Positions 1 through 9,896 of a DNA stretch of 64,000 nt are shown here, piece by piece. A program made the position numbers and the translations under genes. This DNA comes from Candidatus Dormiibacterota bacterium (lineage in GTDB: Bacteria > Chloroflexota > Dormibacteria > Aeolococcales > Aeolococcaceae): positions 2,720,001 through 2,784,000 of the forward strand of contig OY970355.1 in NCBI GenBank assembly GCA_963718525.1, read 5' to 3'. Every line of letters starts with the position of its first letter. Within the stretch, counting starts at the first letter, position 1. The notes under the pieces are model-generated. The model was not told the DNA's origin, did no database searches, and was given only the letters and a program-made list of their open reading frames with translations.

Positions 1-2
1 GG

Positions 3-890
3 AACTCACTGACGTTCCCCCTTGCGGCCGGCGCGGAAGCCGTGCTCGAACCGACCCGTCCGCCGACGCCGGCACTTGTGGCGGCGTTGATGGAGCGGCA
101 CCGGCCGACCCTCTTCTTTGCCGTCCCGACGTTCTATGCGGCGCTCGTGACCGCAGCGATCCCGGACACGACGTTCACATCACTCCGCCATGCGGTGTCC
201 GCGGGTGAGGCGCTTCCAGCCGAGCTCTTTCACCGCTTTCACGAGCGTTTCGGCGTCGAGATACTCGACGGGATCGGCTCGACTGAACTGACCCACATCT
301 TCATCTCGAACCGCCCTGGGCAGGCGGTGCCGGGGGCATCCGGCACGCCGGTGGGCGGCCATATGGTCCGACTGCTCGACGACGAGGGAGGCCCGGTGGC
401 AGTCGAAGCCCCCGGCCAGCTGTGGGTCTCGGGTGATGCCGCGGCGACCGGCTACTGGTGTCGGAGTGAGGAGACGCGGCGCACGTTTGTCGGGGATTGG
501 GTGGCCACCGGGGATCTCTATGCGGTTGACGCCGCCGGTGTGTATCGCCATCTCGGACGCCGTGACGACATGCTCAAGGTCGGCGGCGAATGGGTGTCGC
601 CGGCTGAGGTGGAGAACGTGCTCCTCGGCCACGAGAGTGTCGCCGAGGCGGCGGTGGTCGGTGCGCGATCGGGCGATCGATTGATGCGGGCCGTTGCTTT
701 CGTGGTGCCTCGACCCGGCGCGCACCTCGACCCCGAGGACGTACTCGCGCGATGCCGCGCCGAGCTTGCCGGTTACAAGCGTCCGCGCCGCCTCATCGTC
801 GTCGCCACCCTCCCGAAGACCGCGACCGGCAAGGTGATTCGGGCCGACCTCCGCCGCGAAGCCGAAGCGATGCTCAGCGAGCCGGCGTGA
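3..890 (+). CDS. benzoate-CoA ligase family protein (5' partial, runs off window start)
   Basis: Frame is open from the window edge (NSLTFPL). Adenylate-forming motifs SAGEALP, DGIGSTE, TGD, GRxDDMLKVGG and LPKTATGK are present; adjacent to boxBC. Confidence 0.85.
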   Translation, partial: NSLTFPLAAGAEAVLEPTRPPTPALVAALMERHRPTLFFAVPTFYAALVTAAIPDTTFTSLRHAVSAGEALPAELFHRFHERFGVEILDGIGSTELTHIFISNRPGQAVPGASGTPVGGHMVRLLDDEGGPVAVEAPGQLWVSGDAAATGYWCRSEETRRTFVGDWVATGDLYAVDAAGVYRHLGRRDDMLKVGGEWVSPAEVENVLLGHESVAEAAVVGARSGDRLMRAVAFVVPRPGAHLDPEDVLARCRAELAGYKRPRRLIVVATLPKTATGKVIRADLRREAEAMLSEPA

Positions 891-896
891 GCCCGC

Positions 897-2315
897 CTAC
901 GTCAGGTGGACGTACACGTAGTCGATGGGCTGGCCGTTGATCCCGGTCGCAGGCGGTGCGATCCAGGCCGCCATCTTGCCCGGTTCGAACACCGGCTTCA
1001 TGAGCGATTGGACGTAATCGAAATCAGCTGCGGTCGGCAGCCATTCGGGTTCACCGCGCGCCCAGGCGTCCGCGTCGACGAGCGATCCATCAGGCGTCAC
1101 CCAAGAGGCCGCAAACGCGCCGACACGACGGTTGAACCCGTGATGGGGCAAGGCCAGTGTCCTGTCGACGCCGGCCTGTTGGAGAATTCGATTCCAGCGT
1201 CGAACACCGTTGTTGCAGTCGGTGAAATACTCCGACCGCAGGTCCTGGTTCAGCGCGGTGAGCGCCGGGATACTGGCCTGTTCAACGCGCCCGTCGATGA
1301 CGATATCGACGGCGGCCATGAGCTCGGTGAGCTGATGGTCGTCGGCTCTGCGCTCCTCCTGCCAGCGTCCCTTCAGGCCGGCGGTGAAGTAGTTGGCAAC
1401 GTTGGTGGAGCGCTCTCCGCCGAAGAGATCGAGGGAGACGCTGTAGTGAAAATTCAAATATCGCTGCAGGACGTCAAGGGGGATGCCGCCGTATTTCTTG
1501 ACGTCATCGGTGTCGTGGTCGCGCATGAGTTCGGCGGTTCGCCGCACCACCCTGTCGATGCCGGTGGTCCCGACCATCATGTGGTGCGCCTCTTCGCGGA
1601 GCATGAAGCGGCACGTGCGCGACAGCGGGTCGAAACCGCTCTCGGCGAGGGTGCCCAGCTGGAATTTGCCGTCGCGGTCGGTGAAGTAGGTGAACATGAA
1701 GAAGGCGAGCCAGTCTCGGGTCGGTTCGTTGAAAGCGCCAAGGATGCGCGGTGCATCCACGCTGCCCGAGTGGCGCATCAGCAGCTCCTCGGCCTGCTCA
1801 CGTCCCTCGCGACCGAAGAATGCGTGGAGCAGGTAGACCATCGCCCAAAGGTGGCGCCCTTCCTCGACATTGACCTGGAAAAGATTGCGAAGGTCATACA
1901 GGCTCGGTGCCGTGAATCCGAGCAGCCGCTGCTGCTCCACTGACGCCGGCTCCGTGTCTCCCTGAACGACGAGCAGACGCTGCAGGTCGGCGCGATACTC
2001 GCCTGGTACCTGCTGCCATGCCGCCGTGCCCATGTGCTCACCAAAAGCAATGCGGCGGTCCGGTTCGCGATCGGCGAGGAAGATCCCCCATCGGTACTCC
2101 TCGAGCGGAATGTGTCCGAAGTGCGCCCATCCATCACGGTCCGCGCTGATCGCGGTGCGCAGGTAGACGTCGCGCGCGATGAGGTCCGGGCCGAGGTCGC
2201 GCCACCACTGCATGAAGCGCGGTTGCCACGCTTCGAGCGCGCGTTGCAGGCGCCGGTCGCCACGGAGATCCACGTTGTTGGGGATCCGGTCTGTGTAATC
2301 GGCGCTGAGGCTCAT
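897..2315 (-). CDS. boxB: benzoyl-CoA 2,3-epoxidase subunit BoxB
   Basis: RIPNNVDL, QGDTEPASVEQQ, NVEEGRHLWAM and EEAHHM di-iron motifs; ATG at 2315 lies directly after the boxC stop. Confidence 0.93.
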   Translation of the reverse strand: MSLSADYTDRIPNNVDLRGDRRLQRALEAWQPRFMQWWRDLGPDLIARDVYLRTAISADRDGWAHFGHIPLEEYRWGIFLADREPDRRIAFGEHMGTAAWQQVPGEYRADLQRLLVVQGDTEPASVEQQRLLGFTAPSLYDLRNLFQVNVEEGRHLWAMVYLLHAFFGREGREQAEELLMRHSGSVDAPRILGAFNEPTRDWLAFFMFTYFTDRDGKFQLGTLAESGFDPLSRTCRFMLREEAHHMMVGTTGIDRVVRRTAELMRDHDTDDVKKYGGIPLDVLQRYLNFHYSVSLDLFGGERSTNVANYFTAGLKGRWQEERRADDHQLTELMAAVDIVIDGRVEQASIPALTALNQDLRSEYFTDCNNGVRRWNRILQQAGVDRTLALPHHGFNRRVGAFAASWVTPDGSLVDADAWARGEPEWLPTAADFDYVQSLMKPVFEPGKMAAWIAPPATGINGQPIDYVYVHLT

Positions 2316-2316
2316 G

Positions 2317-4020
2317 TCACACCCGCTCCCTGTCAAGCGACGCGCGCTGACCGCTCCCGTATCGCCGGAGCGCGCCGGCCGGGCCGATCGCGTTGGGGCG
2401 GCTGAACACCCAATTCTGCCAGGCGGTGAGCCGTCCGAAGATCTTGGTTTCCATGGTTTCCGGTCCGACGAATCGCATGTTCGCCTCCATGGCGGTGAGG
2501 GCATCGGGGCTGAATGCGGCGCGCTGTTCCAGCGCGATGCGGACCTCGTCGTCCCAGTCGATGGCGTCCGGGGCGAAGGTCACGAGTCCCAGCTCCGATG
2601 CTGCGGCAGCATCGATGGGGGCGCCCATCGCCGCTCTGGCGGCGTCGAGCTCGGAGGTGCGTCCGAAGAATCGCGACTCGAGCCGTGTCAGCGCATTGCC
2701 CATCGGGTACATACCCAGATTCGAGTTGGTCACCACGATGACGGCCGGTGCGTCCTGCTCCTCGATCGTACCGTCGAGCATGAACTGCTCGTCGCAGGCC
2801 AGCGCGAGCTCCAGCAGGAGTCCGCCAAAACAACTGCCAGGCTCGATCGCCGCAAGCAGGCTGCGGCTGGTCACATCAAGACGCTTGAAGACGCGTTTCA
2901 GGAGGAGCACCACCTCGTTGACGAACCAATCTGCGCCGGAACGCTCGAGCAGGAATCGGTCGTGCGCGAGGACGCGGTCCATGTCACCCACCGTCTTGAA
3001 TATCCACGTCCCAAGGGTGACCTCGTTGGTGCGCAGGCGGAGGATCACGTCGTCGAGCTCGCGTGCCAATGCGAGTGGCCAGTACCGGCTGCCTTGGTCG
3101 CGGGCGCCGGCGGCATCACCCGGAGCCGGCTGTTCGGGCCCTCGGATGGTGATCGTGACAATTCCAGCGGCCCGGTCCAGGTGTACGCTCACGTGCCGGT
3201 AATCGCCGCTGGTGTCATCCCACGCTGCGTCAAGTGGTTCGAGCGAGATCCCGCGTGCCGGTTTCGTGCGCGATCTGCGTGCCGCCGCGACTGCCAGCGC
3301 ACGGGTGCGCACCGACTCGTCGAACTGACCGCGAGGAACAGCCGCATCGACCAAACCCCATGTCACGGCAGTGTGCGCTTTCACTCCCTCGCTCTTGGTC
3401 ACGAAGACGTCGGCCAGATCCCGGCGCACGTGCCGCTTCTCGCCAAGACGCGTGAGACCACCGGTTGCCGGCAACACGGCGAGCAACGGGAGTTCGGGAA
3501 GCGATACCGCCGACGACCCGTCGTCGATGAGCAGGATCTCATCGCACGCAAGCGCCAGTTCGTACCCGCCGCCGGCGGCGGCGCCATTGACCGCCGCCAG
3601 ATAGGTTTGGCCCGAGTTGGCGCTGGCGTCCTCCATCTCGAGCCGCGTCTCGTTGGTGAACTTGCAGAAATTGACCTTCCAGGGGTGTGTTGCTTGAGCG
3701 AGCATCCCGATGTTCGCGCCGGCGGAAAAGCAGCGGTCCTTCGCGGAGGTGATCACGACGCATCCGACCTCTGGATGCTCGAAGCGAAGGCGCTGAACTG
3801 CGTCGTGGAGTTCGATGTCCACACCGAGGTCGTACGAGTTCAACTTCATGGCGTATCCCGGACGCAGCCCACGTTCCTCGTCAACATCCATGGCGAGCGT
3901 CGCGACAGCGCCGTCGATGCTCAGGTGCCAATGCCGGTAGCGGGAGGGGTCGGTTGCGAACGAGACGGCCGGGGCACGTTCATCGGTCGCGGCGACCTTC
4001 GCGGCGGCTTCGAGCGCCAA
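2317..4020 (-). CDS. boxC: 2,3-epoxybenzoyl-CoA dihydrolase BoxC
   Basis: KLNSYDLGVDIEL, KVNFCKFTNETR, GGGYELALACD and ETKIFGRLTAWQNW; crotonase fold. Confidence 0.93.
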   Translation of the reverse strand: MALEAAAKVAATDERAPAVSFATDPSRYRHWHLSIDGAVATLAMDVDEERGLRPGYAMKLNSYDLGVDIELHDAVQRLRFEHPEVGCVVITSAKDRCFSAGANIGMLAQATHPWKVNFCKFTNETRLEMEDASANSGQTYLAAVNGAAAGGGYELALACDEILLIDDGSSAVSLPELPLLAVLPATGGLTRLGEKRHVRRDLADVFVTKSEGVKAHTAVTWGLVDAAVPRGQFDESVRTRALAVAAARRSRTKPARGISLEPLDAAWDDTSGDYRHVSVHLDRAAGIVTITIRGPEQPAPGDAAGARDQGSRYWPLALARELDDVILRLRTNEVTLGTWIFKTVGDMDRVLAHDRFLLERSGADWFVNEVVLLLKRVFKRLDVTSRSLLAAIEPGSCFGGLLLELALACDEQFMLDGTIEEQDAPAVIVVTNSNLGMYPMGNALTRLESRFFGRTSELDAARAAMGAPIDAAAASELGLVTFAPDAIDWDDEVRIALEQRAAFSPDALTAMEANMRFVGPETMETKIFGRLTAWQNWVFSRPNAIGPAGALRRYGSGQRASLDRERV

Positions 4021-4166
4021 TTCGTCCAGACCTCCGCAGCACGGGCGATTCCTTATCCATTATGGACGCCGGCTCCGCTTCCCCCATAGCGGCGGAAGCC
4101 TCTGCCCGGGACGATGAATCAGGTAGCTGGTTGCTCCAGGCATGAATCTCTGACTAGAGTCAGAGA

Positions 4167-5069
4167 ATGGACCAAGCGCTGATCGCGCAGCTCCGCCGCT
4201 TCAACCGGGTGGTCACCCAGCACGTCGGCGCCCTCAACGAGCGATTCCTGGACCGAGCTCACTCCCTCGGGGAGGCCAGGGTGATGTGGGAGATCGGCGC
4301 GCAAGGCTGCGACGTGCGTGCGCTGCGCCAGCGGCTGGGGCTGGACTCCGGATACCTCAGCCGGCTGCTTGGTCGTCTCGTCGTCGGCGGGCTCGTGAGC
4401 ATCGGTCAGAACGAATCGGATCGACGGATTCGAACGGCGCGGCTCACGGCATCCGGTTTGCGGGAGTGGTCGGTGCTCGATGCGCGCAGCAATGCGCTCG
4501 CCGAGTCACTCCTCGCTCCGCTGGCGCCGGGGCAGCGAGATCGTCTGTGTGCTGCCATGGCTGACGTCCAGCGACTCCTCACGGTCGCGAGCGTCGAGAT
4601 CGCAATCATCGATCCAGCTCGCCCGGAGGCTCGCCAGTGCATCAACTCGTATTTCGCCGAACTCGACCGGCGGTTCGACACTGGCTTTGACCCGTCGAAG
4701 ACGATCAGCGCAGACGACGTTGAGCTGCGATTACCCGCCGGGCTGCTCGTGGTCGTGTGGCTGCAGGGACGCCCGGTCGGATGCGGTGGGCTCAAATTTC
4801 ACGGGGACCAGCCCGCGGAGCTCAAGCGAATGTGGGTCGCCGACACCGCGCGCGGACTCGGCATCGGTCGCCGCCTGCTCACCGATCTGGAACGGCTCGC
4901 CGTGAAGCACGGTGCGCGGACGGTGCGACTCGAGACGAACGGAACGCTCACAGAGGCGATCAGCCTGTACCGATCGGCCGGCTATATCGAGGTTCCGGCC
5001 TTCAACGACGAGCAGTACGCGCACCACTGGTTCGAGAAGCGTCTGGCGGAACACTCGCACTCGACGTAG
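4167..5069 (+). CDS. bifunctional MarR-type HTH / GNAT acetyltransferase
   Basis: N-terminal wHTH (LGLDSGYLSRLL, DRRIR) and C-terminal GNAT (ELKRMWV, ARGLGIGRRLL). Confidence 0.85.
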   Translation: MDQALIAQLRRFNRVVTQHVGALNERFLDRAHSLGEARVMWEIGAQGCDVRALRQRLGLDSGYLSRLLGRLVVGGLVSIGQNESDRRIRTARLTASGLREWSVLDARSNALAESLLAPLAPGQRDRLCAAMADVQRLLTVASVEIAIIDPARPEARQCINSYFAELDRRFDTGFDPSKTISADDVELRLPAGLLVVVWLQGRPVGCGGLKFHGDQPAELKRMWVADTARGLGIGRRLLTDLERLAVKHGARTVRLETNGTLTEAISLYRSAGYIEVPAFNDEQYAHHWFEKRLAEHSHST

Positions 5070-5129
5070 CCGGACCGCGCGTCGGTGTGACGCTGTTGGC
5101 GACGGCCGGCGAAACCGTAGTGTTGCGGA

Positions 5130-5609
5130 ATGCCTGGAGCACCGGAGGTGGACTTGCCACCGGGCAACGCCGACGATCGCGAACTGCTGCTCAGCTGGCT
5201 TGCCTGGCTGCGCGCTGCGGTGCTCCGGAAGATCGAAGGTCTCAACGATGCAGACGCCCGCTGGACGCCGGAGGGTGCGCTCATCTCGCTGCTGGGCATC
5301 GTCAACCATCTCACGCACGTGGAGTGGCGATGGATTGATGGAGCCATGCGTGGTGGCGCGACAAGCCGCCTCGAGGCGGAGTTCCGACCCGGCGCTGAGC
5401 TGAGCGTGGCCTCTGCGGTTGCTGCGTATCGTGACCGGGCTGCCGCGACGGAGGACTACGTTCGTTCGACGCCACTCGACCGCCCGACGCGAAAGGGAGA
5501 TGGGACGGATCTGCGCTGGGTGCTGCTCCACCTCATCAACGAGACCGCACGCCACGCCGGCCATGCGGACGCTACGCGCGAGCTGTTGGATGGACTGACC
5601 GGCGAGTGA
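5130..5609 (+). CDS. DinB/DUF664 family protein
   Basis: SLLGIVNHL and LRWVLLHLINETARHAGHAD motifs. Confidence 0.85.
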   Translation: MPGAPEVDLPPGNADDRELLLSWLAWLRAAVLRKIEGLNDADARWTPEGALISLLGIVNHLTHVEWRWIDGAMRGGATSRLEAEFRPGAELSVASAVAAYRDRAAATEDYVRSTPLDRPTRKGDGTDLRWVLLHLINETARHAGHADATRELLDGLTGE

Positions 5610-5613
5610 CGGA

Positions 5614-6450
5614 TCAGCGGGCGATCGGTGGACCGCTGCTGACAACGCGCTCGACCAATTCGGGCGATGCGCCGGGCGGAAAGCTCTCGAGTATCCAGGT
5701 CACACCGGCCTGGTCGAGGGCCGCGACCGTTTTCGGCACGCGCTCCGGCTCCTCGAGCGCGAGCTTGCAGCGCACCGCGATGTCGATGTCCGGCGATCCG
5801 AGATCCGTCAACGCATCTCGGATCGCCTGCACATCCGTGGGATCGGGAGACTGCTGCGTGCTGTCGGTTGGAAAGATCGGAAAACAGCCCTGCAGCTTGG
5901 CGATCCGCCTGAGCGGCTTGCGATTCGGCCACCGGATTGCTCCCCACATCGGCAACGGCGTCTGCCGTGGCGTAGGCAGGAGCGCAGGGGAATTCACGAC
6001 GTAGTGCCGCCCACGGAATGTGACGGGCTGTCCGGTGAGAAAACGCTGAACAAGTTCCAGCGCCTCGTCGAGCATCTGTCCTCGAACGACGGCATCAGCC
6101 TCATCTCCAAACGAGCTGAACTCGGACCATCCATCGTCCCCGAGCCCGATACCGCCGATGAGTTGGCCGTCGCAGAGACGATCGAGCGTCGCCATCTGCC
6201 GGCTGAGCACCCATGGCCGCCGTCGCGGCAGCGGTGTCACCAGCGCTCCCAGTCGCAGTCGCGTTGTGGCAACCGCCACCGCGGCCATCGTGATCCATGG
6301 ATCCGCAACCGCCATCCCGGGAGCGGCGAGCATGTGATCCCAGAGGAAGAGCCCATCCCAGCCGGCATCCTCTGACCGCTTCGACAGCGCCATCACACGC
6401 CGCGGTTCTGCGAACTCCGCAAACGGCGGGAGGAAGACTCCGAAATGCAC
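5614..6450 (-). CDS. LLM class flavin-dependent oxidoreductase
   Basis: GWDGLFLWDH, DPW, RLRLGALVTPLPRRRP and TLDRL motifs. Confidence 0.85.
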   Translation of the reverse strand: MHFGVFLPPFAEFAEPRRVMALSKRSEDAGWDGLFLWDHMLAAPGMAVADPWITMAAVAVATTRLRLGALVTPLPRRRPWVLSRQMATLDRLCDGQLIGGIGLGDDGWSEFSSFGDEADAVVRGQMLDEALELVQRFLTGQPVTFRGRHYVVNSPALLPTPRQTPLPMWGAIRWPNRKPLRRIAKLQGCFPIFPTDSTQQSPDPTDVQAIRDALTDLGSPDIDIAVRCKLALEEPERVPKTVAALDQAGVTWILESFPPGASPELVERVVSSGPPIAR

Positions 6451-6466
6451 TCCGAGGGAGGCTGCG

Positions 6467-6640
6467 TCAGATGGCGATGGCGATCTTCACGCCGAGAAGT
6501 ATCAACGGCCAGACGATCACTGCAAGGATCGCTGACAGGATCGCCCCGATGGTGCCGACATGGTCAAAGAAATGGTGGGTCGCCGCCACGACGATGCCGA
6601 TCACGATCCAAAGGATTGGCAGCAGGGACATGCCTCGCAT
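6467..6640 (-). CDS. small 2-TM membrane protein (57 aa, MRGMSLLPILWIVIG...WPLILLGVKIAIAI)
   Basis: Read manually (below the ORF-track cutoff); GGAGG RBS upstream; fills the gap between the CsbD-like and LLM genes. Confidence 0.7.
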   Translation of the reverse strand: MRGMSLLPILWIVIGIVVAATHHFFDHVGTIGAILSAILAVIVWPLILLGVKIAIAI

Positions 6641-6675
6641 GCTCGACCTCCTTGGGTGGTGCTGACGCTGAGCGG

Positions 6676-6867
6676 TCAGCGACCGTCGGCGGTGTCTTTG
6701 AGGGCCTCCCCAGCGCCTTTCAACTTGTCGCCGGCATCGCCGACGGCGTGCTCGACCTTCCCCACTCCCTGCTGGGTCTTGCCTTCTGACTCGCGTTCGG
6801 CATCCCCGGTCACCTTGCCCTGGACTTCCTTCGCCTTGCCGACGACCTGATCAGCTTCTCCAGACAT
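6676..6867 (-). CDS. CsbD family stress protein
   Basis: GKAKEVQGKVTGD...EGKTQQGVGK pattern; GGAGG RBS before ATG 6867. Confidence 0.85.
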   Translation of the reverse strand: MSGEADQVVGKAKEVQGKVTGDAERESEGKTQQGVGKVEHAVGDAGDKLKGAGEALKDTADGR

Positions 6868-7007
6868 TTGCCCGACCTCCAACTGCGAGACCGGAGCCAT
6901 GTAGGCTACCGGCCTGTCGCTTTGATGTGATAGTCGCAGTATCACACAATGCACCATCGCATGTTGGGCGCATGCGGGGCTGCGGAAGAGAAGGCGGCCC
7001 CGCCGGC

Positions 7008-7880
7008 CTACCAGTGCGCGAGGAGCCAGTCATGCACCTCGCCGAGACGACGCGCCGGCAGGGTCAGATGTCCGTCGTCCTCGCTGAGCCGAGCTTCAAC
7101 TCCCGGGATGTGGGTGGCCAGCCAGGCGCCATGACCGTAAGGCACAAAACGGTCCTGCCGGCCGTGGAGGAGCAGCGTGGGAATGGCGATGTCGTCCAGC
7201 GCGAAGCCCCATGGCTCTATATCCGCTACGCCGTCCTCCCACCACCCCTCGCAACCTGGACCAAGCCCCTGAACCGCGCTGTCCACGAAATACTGCGCGA
7301 GTTCGGGCGTGAAGACGGCTGCGTCGGCCTCGGAGACCAGCGTCATGATCAAGTCGCCAACCTGCTCGGCGGTAGCACCGAGCATCTCCAGGCGATCGTT
7401 CTCGAGCTTGACCCTCGCCGCATCCCTGTCGCGTAGCAGGAGTTTGTAGTCGTCCACATTCAAATCGCCCATACCGGCGAACCATTCGAGGCCTTCGGCT
7501 CCCCACGGCGCCGGTGAGGCGAGGGAAGCGGCAGCCGGGATGAGATCGGGCAGGAGCGCGGCACACGCGAGAACGTGCGGCCCGCCGCCGGAGATGCCCC
7601 ATGTCAGCACTCGGTCGAGACGCAGGGAGGAGCAGATGGCACGGACATCGTCGGCGCAGTCAGCAACAGACCGTCCTGGCCGCGGGCTGGATCCTCCATA
7701 CCCGGGGCGGTCATACGTGATGAAGCGCATGCCCCGCTCCGCGGCGCTGGCGACGTCGGGGGCGTACTGCAGCCGGGAATTAGGCGTGCCGTAATGGACG
7801 AGCACCGGGATGCCATCGGGCACGCCGCCTTCGGAGACCGCCAGCCTCCGGCCATCAGCGGTATCGATGATGCGTTCCAC
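7008..7880 (-). CDS. alpha/beta hydrolase
   Basis: YDRPGYGGS, GISGGGPH nucleophile elbow, HGRQD and C-terminal GH; start inferred at GTG 7880. Confidence 0.85.
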   Translation of the reverse strand: MERIIDTADGRRLAVSEGGVPDGIPVLVHYGTPNSRLQYAPDVASAAERGMRFITYDRPGYGGSSPRPGRSVADCADDVRAICSSLRLDRVLTWGISGGGPHVLACAALLPDLIPAAASLASPAPWGAEGLEWFAGMGDLNVDDYKLLLRDRDAARVKLENDRLEMLGATAEQVGDLIMTLVSEADAAVFTPELAQYFVDSAVQGLGPGCEGWWEDGVADIEPWGFALDDIAIPTLLLHGRQDRFVPYGHGAWLATHIPGVEARLSEDDGHLTLPARRLGEVHDWLLAHW

Positions 7881-7992
7881 AGCTGCCCACCTCGTGTGAT
7901 GCGCCCACGGCCAAGAGCAACCGATTATCCACGGGAGCGGCATGGTCCACGGCGCTGCGGAGACGGCCCATTTGTCGATGTATGCTCCGGCG

Positions 7993-8706
7993 ATGGCGAA
8001 TGCCCGTGAGGAACACGTCCGCGCAGCTGACAACCATGAATTCACCGGCTACCTGACCCTCCCTGCATCCGGCTCGGGCCCCGGCATGGTGGTGGTGCAG
8101 GAGATCTTCGGCGTGACCGACTACATCAAGGACGTCTGCGCGCAACTCAGCGACCTTGGCTACGTTGCGCTCGCCCCGGACCTGTATTCCCGGATCGATG
8201 GCAACTCGGTGATCGACGAGCGTTCAGAGAACGCGCTGCCTCGTGCCTTCGGATCCATGCAGCAGCTGGATTTTCCCCAGGCGACACGCGATGCCGCTGA
8301 CGCACTCGAGCACCTGCGCACTTTGCCCGAGGTGCCCGGTCGGCGCGCAGGCATCATCGGCTTCTGCCTCGGCGGGGGCATCGCCTTCTTCGTGGCCGCG
8401 GATGCGGAACCGGACGTGGCGATCTGCTACTACGGCTCGGCGATCCCCGGCAATCTCGACCGGGCACCCAACGTGCACTGCCCCGTGCTCTTTCAGTTCG
8501 GCGACGCTGACGAGTACATCACCGCAGAGCAGCGTGCTGCAGTCGAGCAGGCATTCGCGGGACGCCCGCACACGGAATTCCACCTCCATCACGGCCCCAA
8601 CCACGCCTTCGACAACCACAACGCCGCGATGTTCCACGACCCCGAGGCCGCCGCCGCGGCATGGAGGCAGACAGCCGCGTTCCTGGAGCGCGAGTTTCCG
8701 GCATAA
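7993..8706 (+). CDS. dienelactone hydrolase family protein
   Basis: QEIFGV, GFCLGG and HAF motifs. Confidence 0.9.
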   Translation: MANAREEHVRAADNHEFTGYLTLPASGSGPGMVVVQEIFGVTDYIKDVCAQLSDLGYVALAPDLYSRIDGNSVIDERSENALPRAFGSMQQLDFPQATRDAADALEHLRTLPEVPGRRAGIIGFCLGGGIAFFVAADAEPDVAICYYGSAIPGNLDRAPNVHCPVLFQFGDADEYITAEQRAAVEQAFAGRPHTEFHLHHGPNHAFDNHNAAMFHDPEAAAAAWRQTAAFLEREFPA

Positions 8707-8718
8707 CTGGCCTGAACG

Positions 8719-9705
8719 TCAGCGGACCTCAATCACATTCGGCCCTCTGGGCACCAACTCGCCGATGATCGGCGACCCCGGCACCTGCCCGGCCACGAGC
8801 AGACCGCCGCTGGTCTGCGCGTCGGCGAGCAGCAGGCGCTCGGCTTGGTCGCCGGCCGTGCGGCCACCCCAGCCGACGTGTGGCGCCACCCACTCGAGGT
8901 TGCGGCGCGTCCCACCGCTGACGTACCCCGCGTCGAGAGCGTCGCGTGCACCGTCGAGATACGGGACCGCGTCGGCATCGATGACGGCGGTGACGTTGCT
9001 CGCCCGAGCCAGCTTGTAGAGGTGACCCAGGAGACCGAACCCGGTGATATCGGTGGCGCAGCGCGCGCCGCTCTCGAGCGCCGCTTCAGACGCCGCCCTG
9101 TTCAGCATGACCATGGCCGCCACCGCATGCGGGAAGACGTCGCCGGTCTGTTTGTGACGGCTGTTGAGCACGCCGATGCCCAGCGGCTTGCTCAGTGACA
9201 GCGGCTGACCGGCCACGCCGGCATCGGTGCGCAGCAGCCGATCGGAGGGCGCAACACCCGTGACCGCCATCCCGTACTTGGGCTCGGGGTCGTCGACGCT
9301 GTGCCCACCGGCGACGGGACAACCGGCCTCGGTGGCGACCGCAAGGCCACCGCGAAGGACCTCGGCTGCGAGGGTCATCGGCAGCAGTTCGCGAGGCCAG
9401 CACAAAAGGTTCACGGCGAGGATGGGGCGGCCTCCCATCGCGTAGATGTCGGAGAACGCGTTGGCCGCCGCGATCCGACCCCAGTCGTAGGCGTCGTCGA
9501 CGACCGGGGTGAAGAAGTCGACCGTGCTGAGCAGCGCGGTGCCGTTGTTGTCGATCCGGACCGCGGCCGCGTCATCACCATGGTCGAGCCCGACGATCAG
9601 CGTCTCGCTGGGCACGCCGATCAAGCCCGCGACCATCTCCTCCAACTCCCCAGGCGGGATCTTGCAGGCGCAGCCACCGCCGTGCGCGTAGCCGGTGAGT
9701 CGCAT
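8719..9705 (-). CDS. selD: selenide, water dikinase (Cys form)
   Basis: GGGCACK, DFFTP, GGHS, TDITGFGLLGH and DAQTSGGLL motifs. Confidence 0.95.
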   Translation of the reverse strand: MRLTGYAHGGGCACKIPPGELEEMVAGLIGVPSETLIVGLDHGDDAAAVRIDNNGTALLSTVDFFTPVVDDAYDWGRIAAANAFSDIYAMGGRPILAVNLLCWPRELLPMTLAAEVLRGGLAVATEAGCPVAGGHSVDDPEPKYGMAVTGVAPSDRLLRTDAGVAGQPLSLSKPLGIGVLNSRHKQTGDVFPHAVAAMVMLNRAASEAALESGARCATDITGFGLLGHLYKLARASNVTAVIDADAVPYLDGARDALDAGYVSGGTRRNLEWVAPHVGWGGRTAGDQAERLLLADAQTSGGLLVAGQVPGSPIIGELVPRGPNVIEVR

Positions 9706-9773
9706 CCCGCGATGTTGGCAGGTTGGGCGCAGACGCTCACAGCTGCTGTGAGCGGTGGCCTACGCTTGCCCTC

Positions 9774-9868
9774 GGAGGCGTCTGGGCACCTGGTGGGCCT
9801 CCTGATCTTCAAAATCAGTGTGACCGAGTATCCCGGTCAGGCGGGTTCGATTCCCGTCCGCCTCCGCC
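9774..9868 (+). tRNA. selC: tRNA-Sec (anticodon UCA)
   Basis: GGAGGCG...CGCCTCC acceptor stem, CTGAT-CTTCAAA-ATCAG anticodon arm, long variable arm TGACCG..CGGTCA and GGTTCGATTCC T-arm; lies between selD and selA. Confidence 0.95.
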
Positions 9869-9896
9869 GGTACACGTGGGGTCATCGCGCATGCAC

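Noticed and set aside
2314-4089. Long opposite-strand ORFs (also 35299-37041, 46966-48606, 9882-11213 and others)
   Set aside because: These are antisense shadows of well-supported genes in high-GC DNA, with no motifs of their own.
9723-9896. Long N-terminal extension of SelA in the ORF track
   Set aside because: It overlaps tRNA-Sec; the real start is ~9891-9897.
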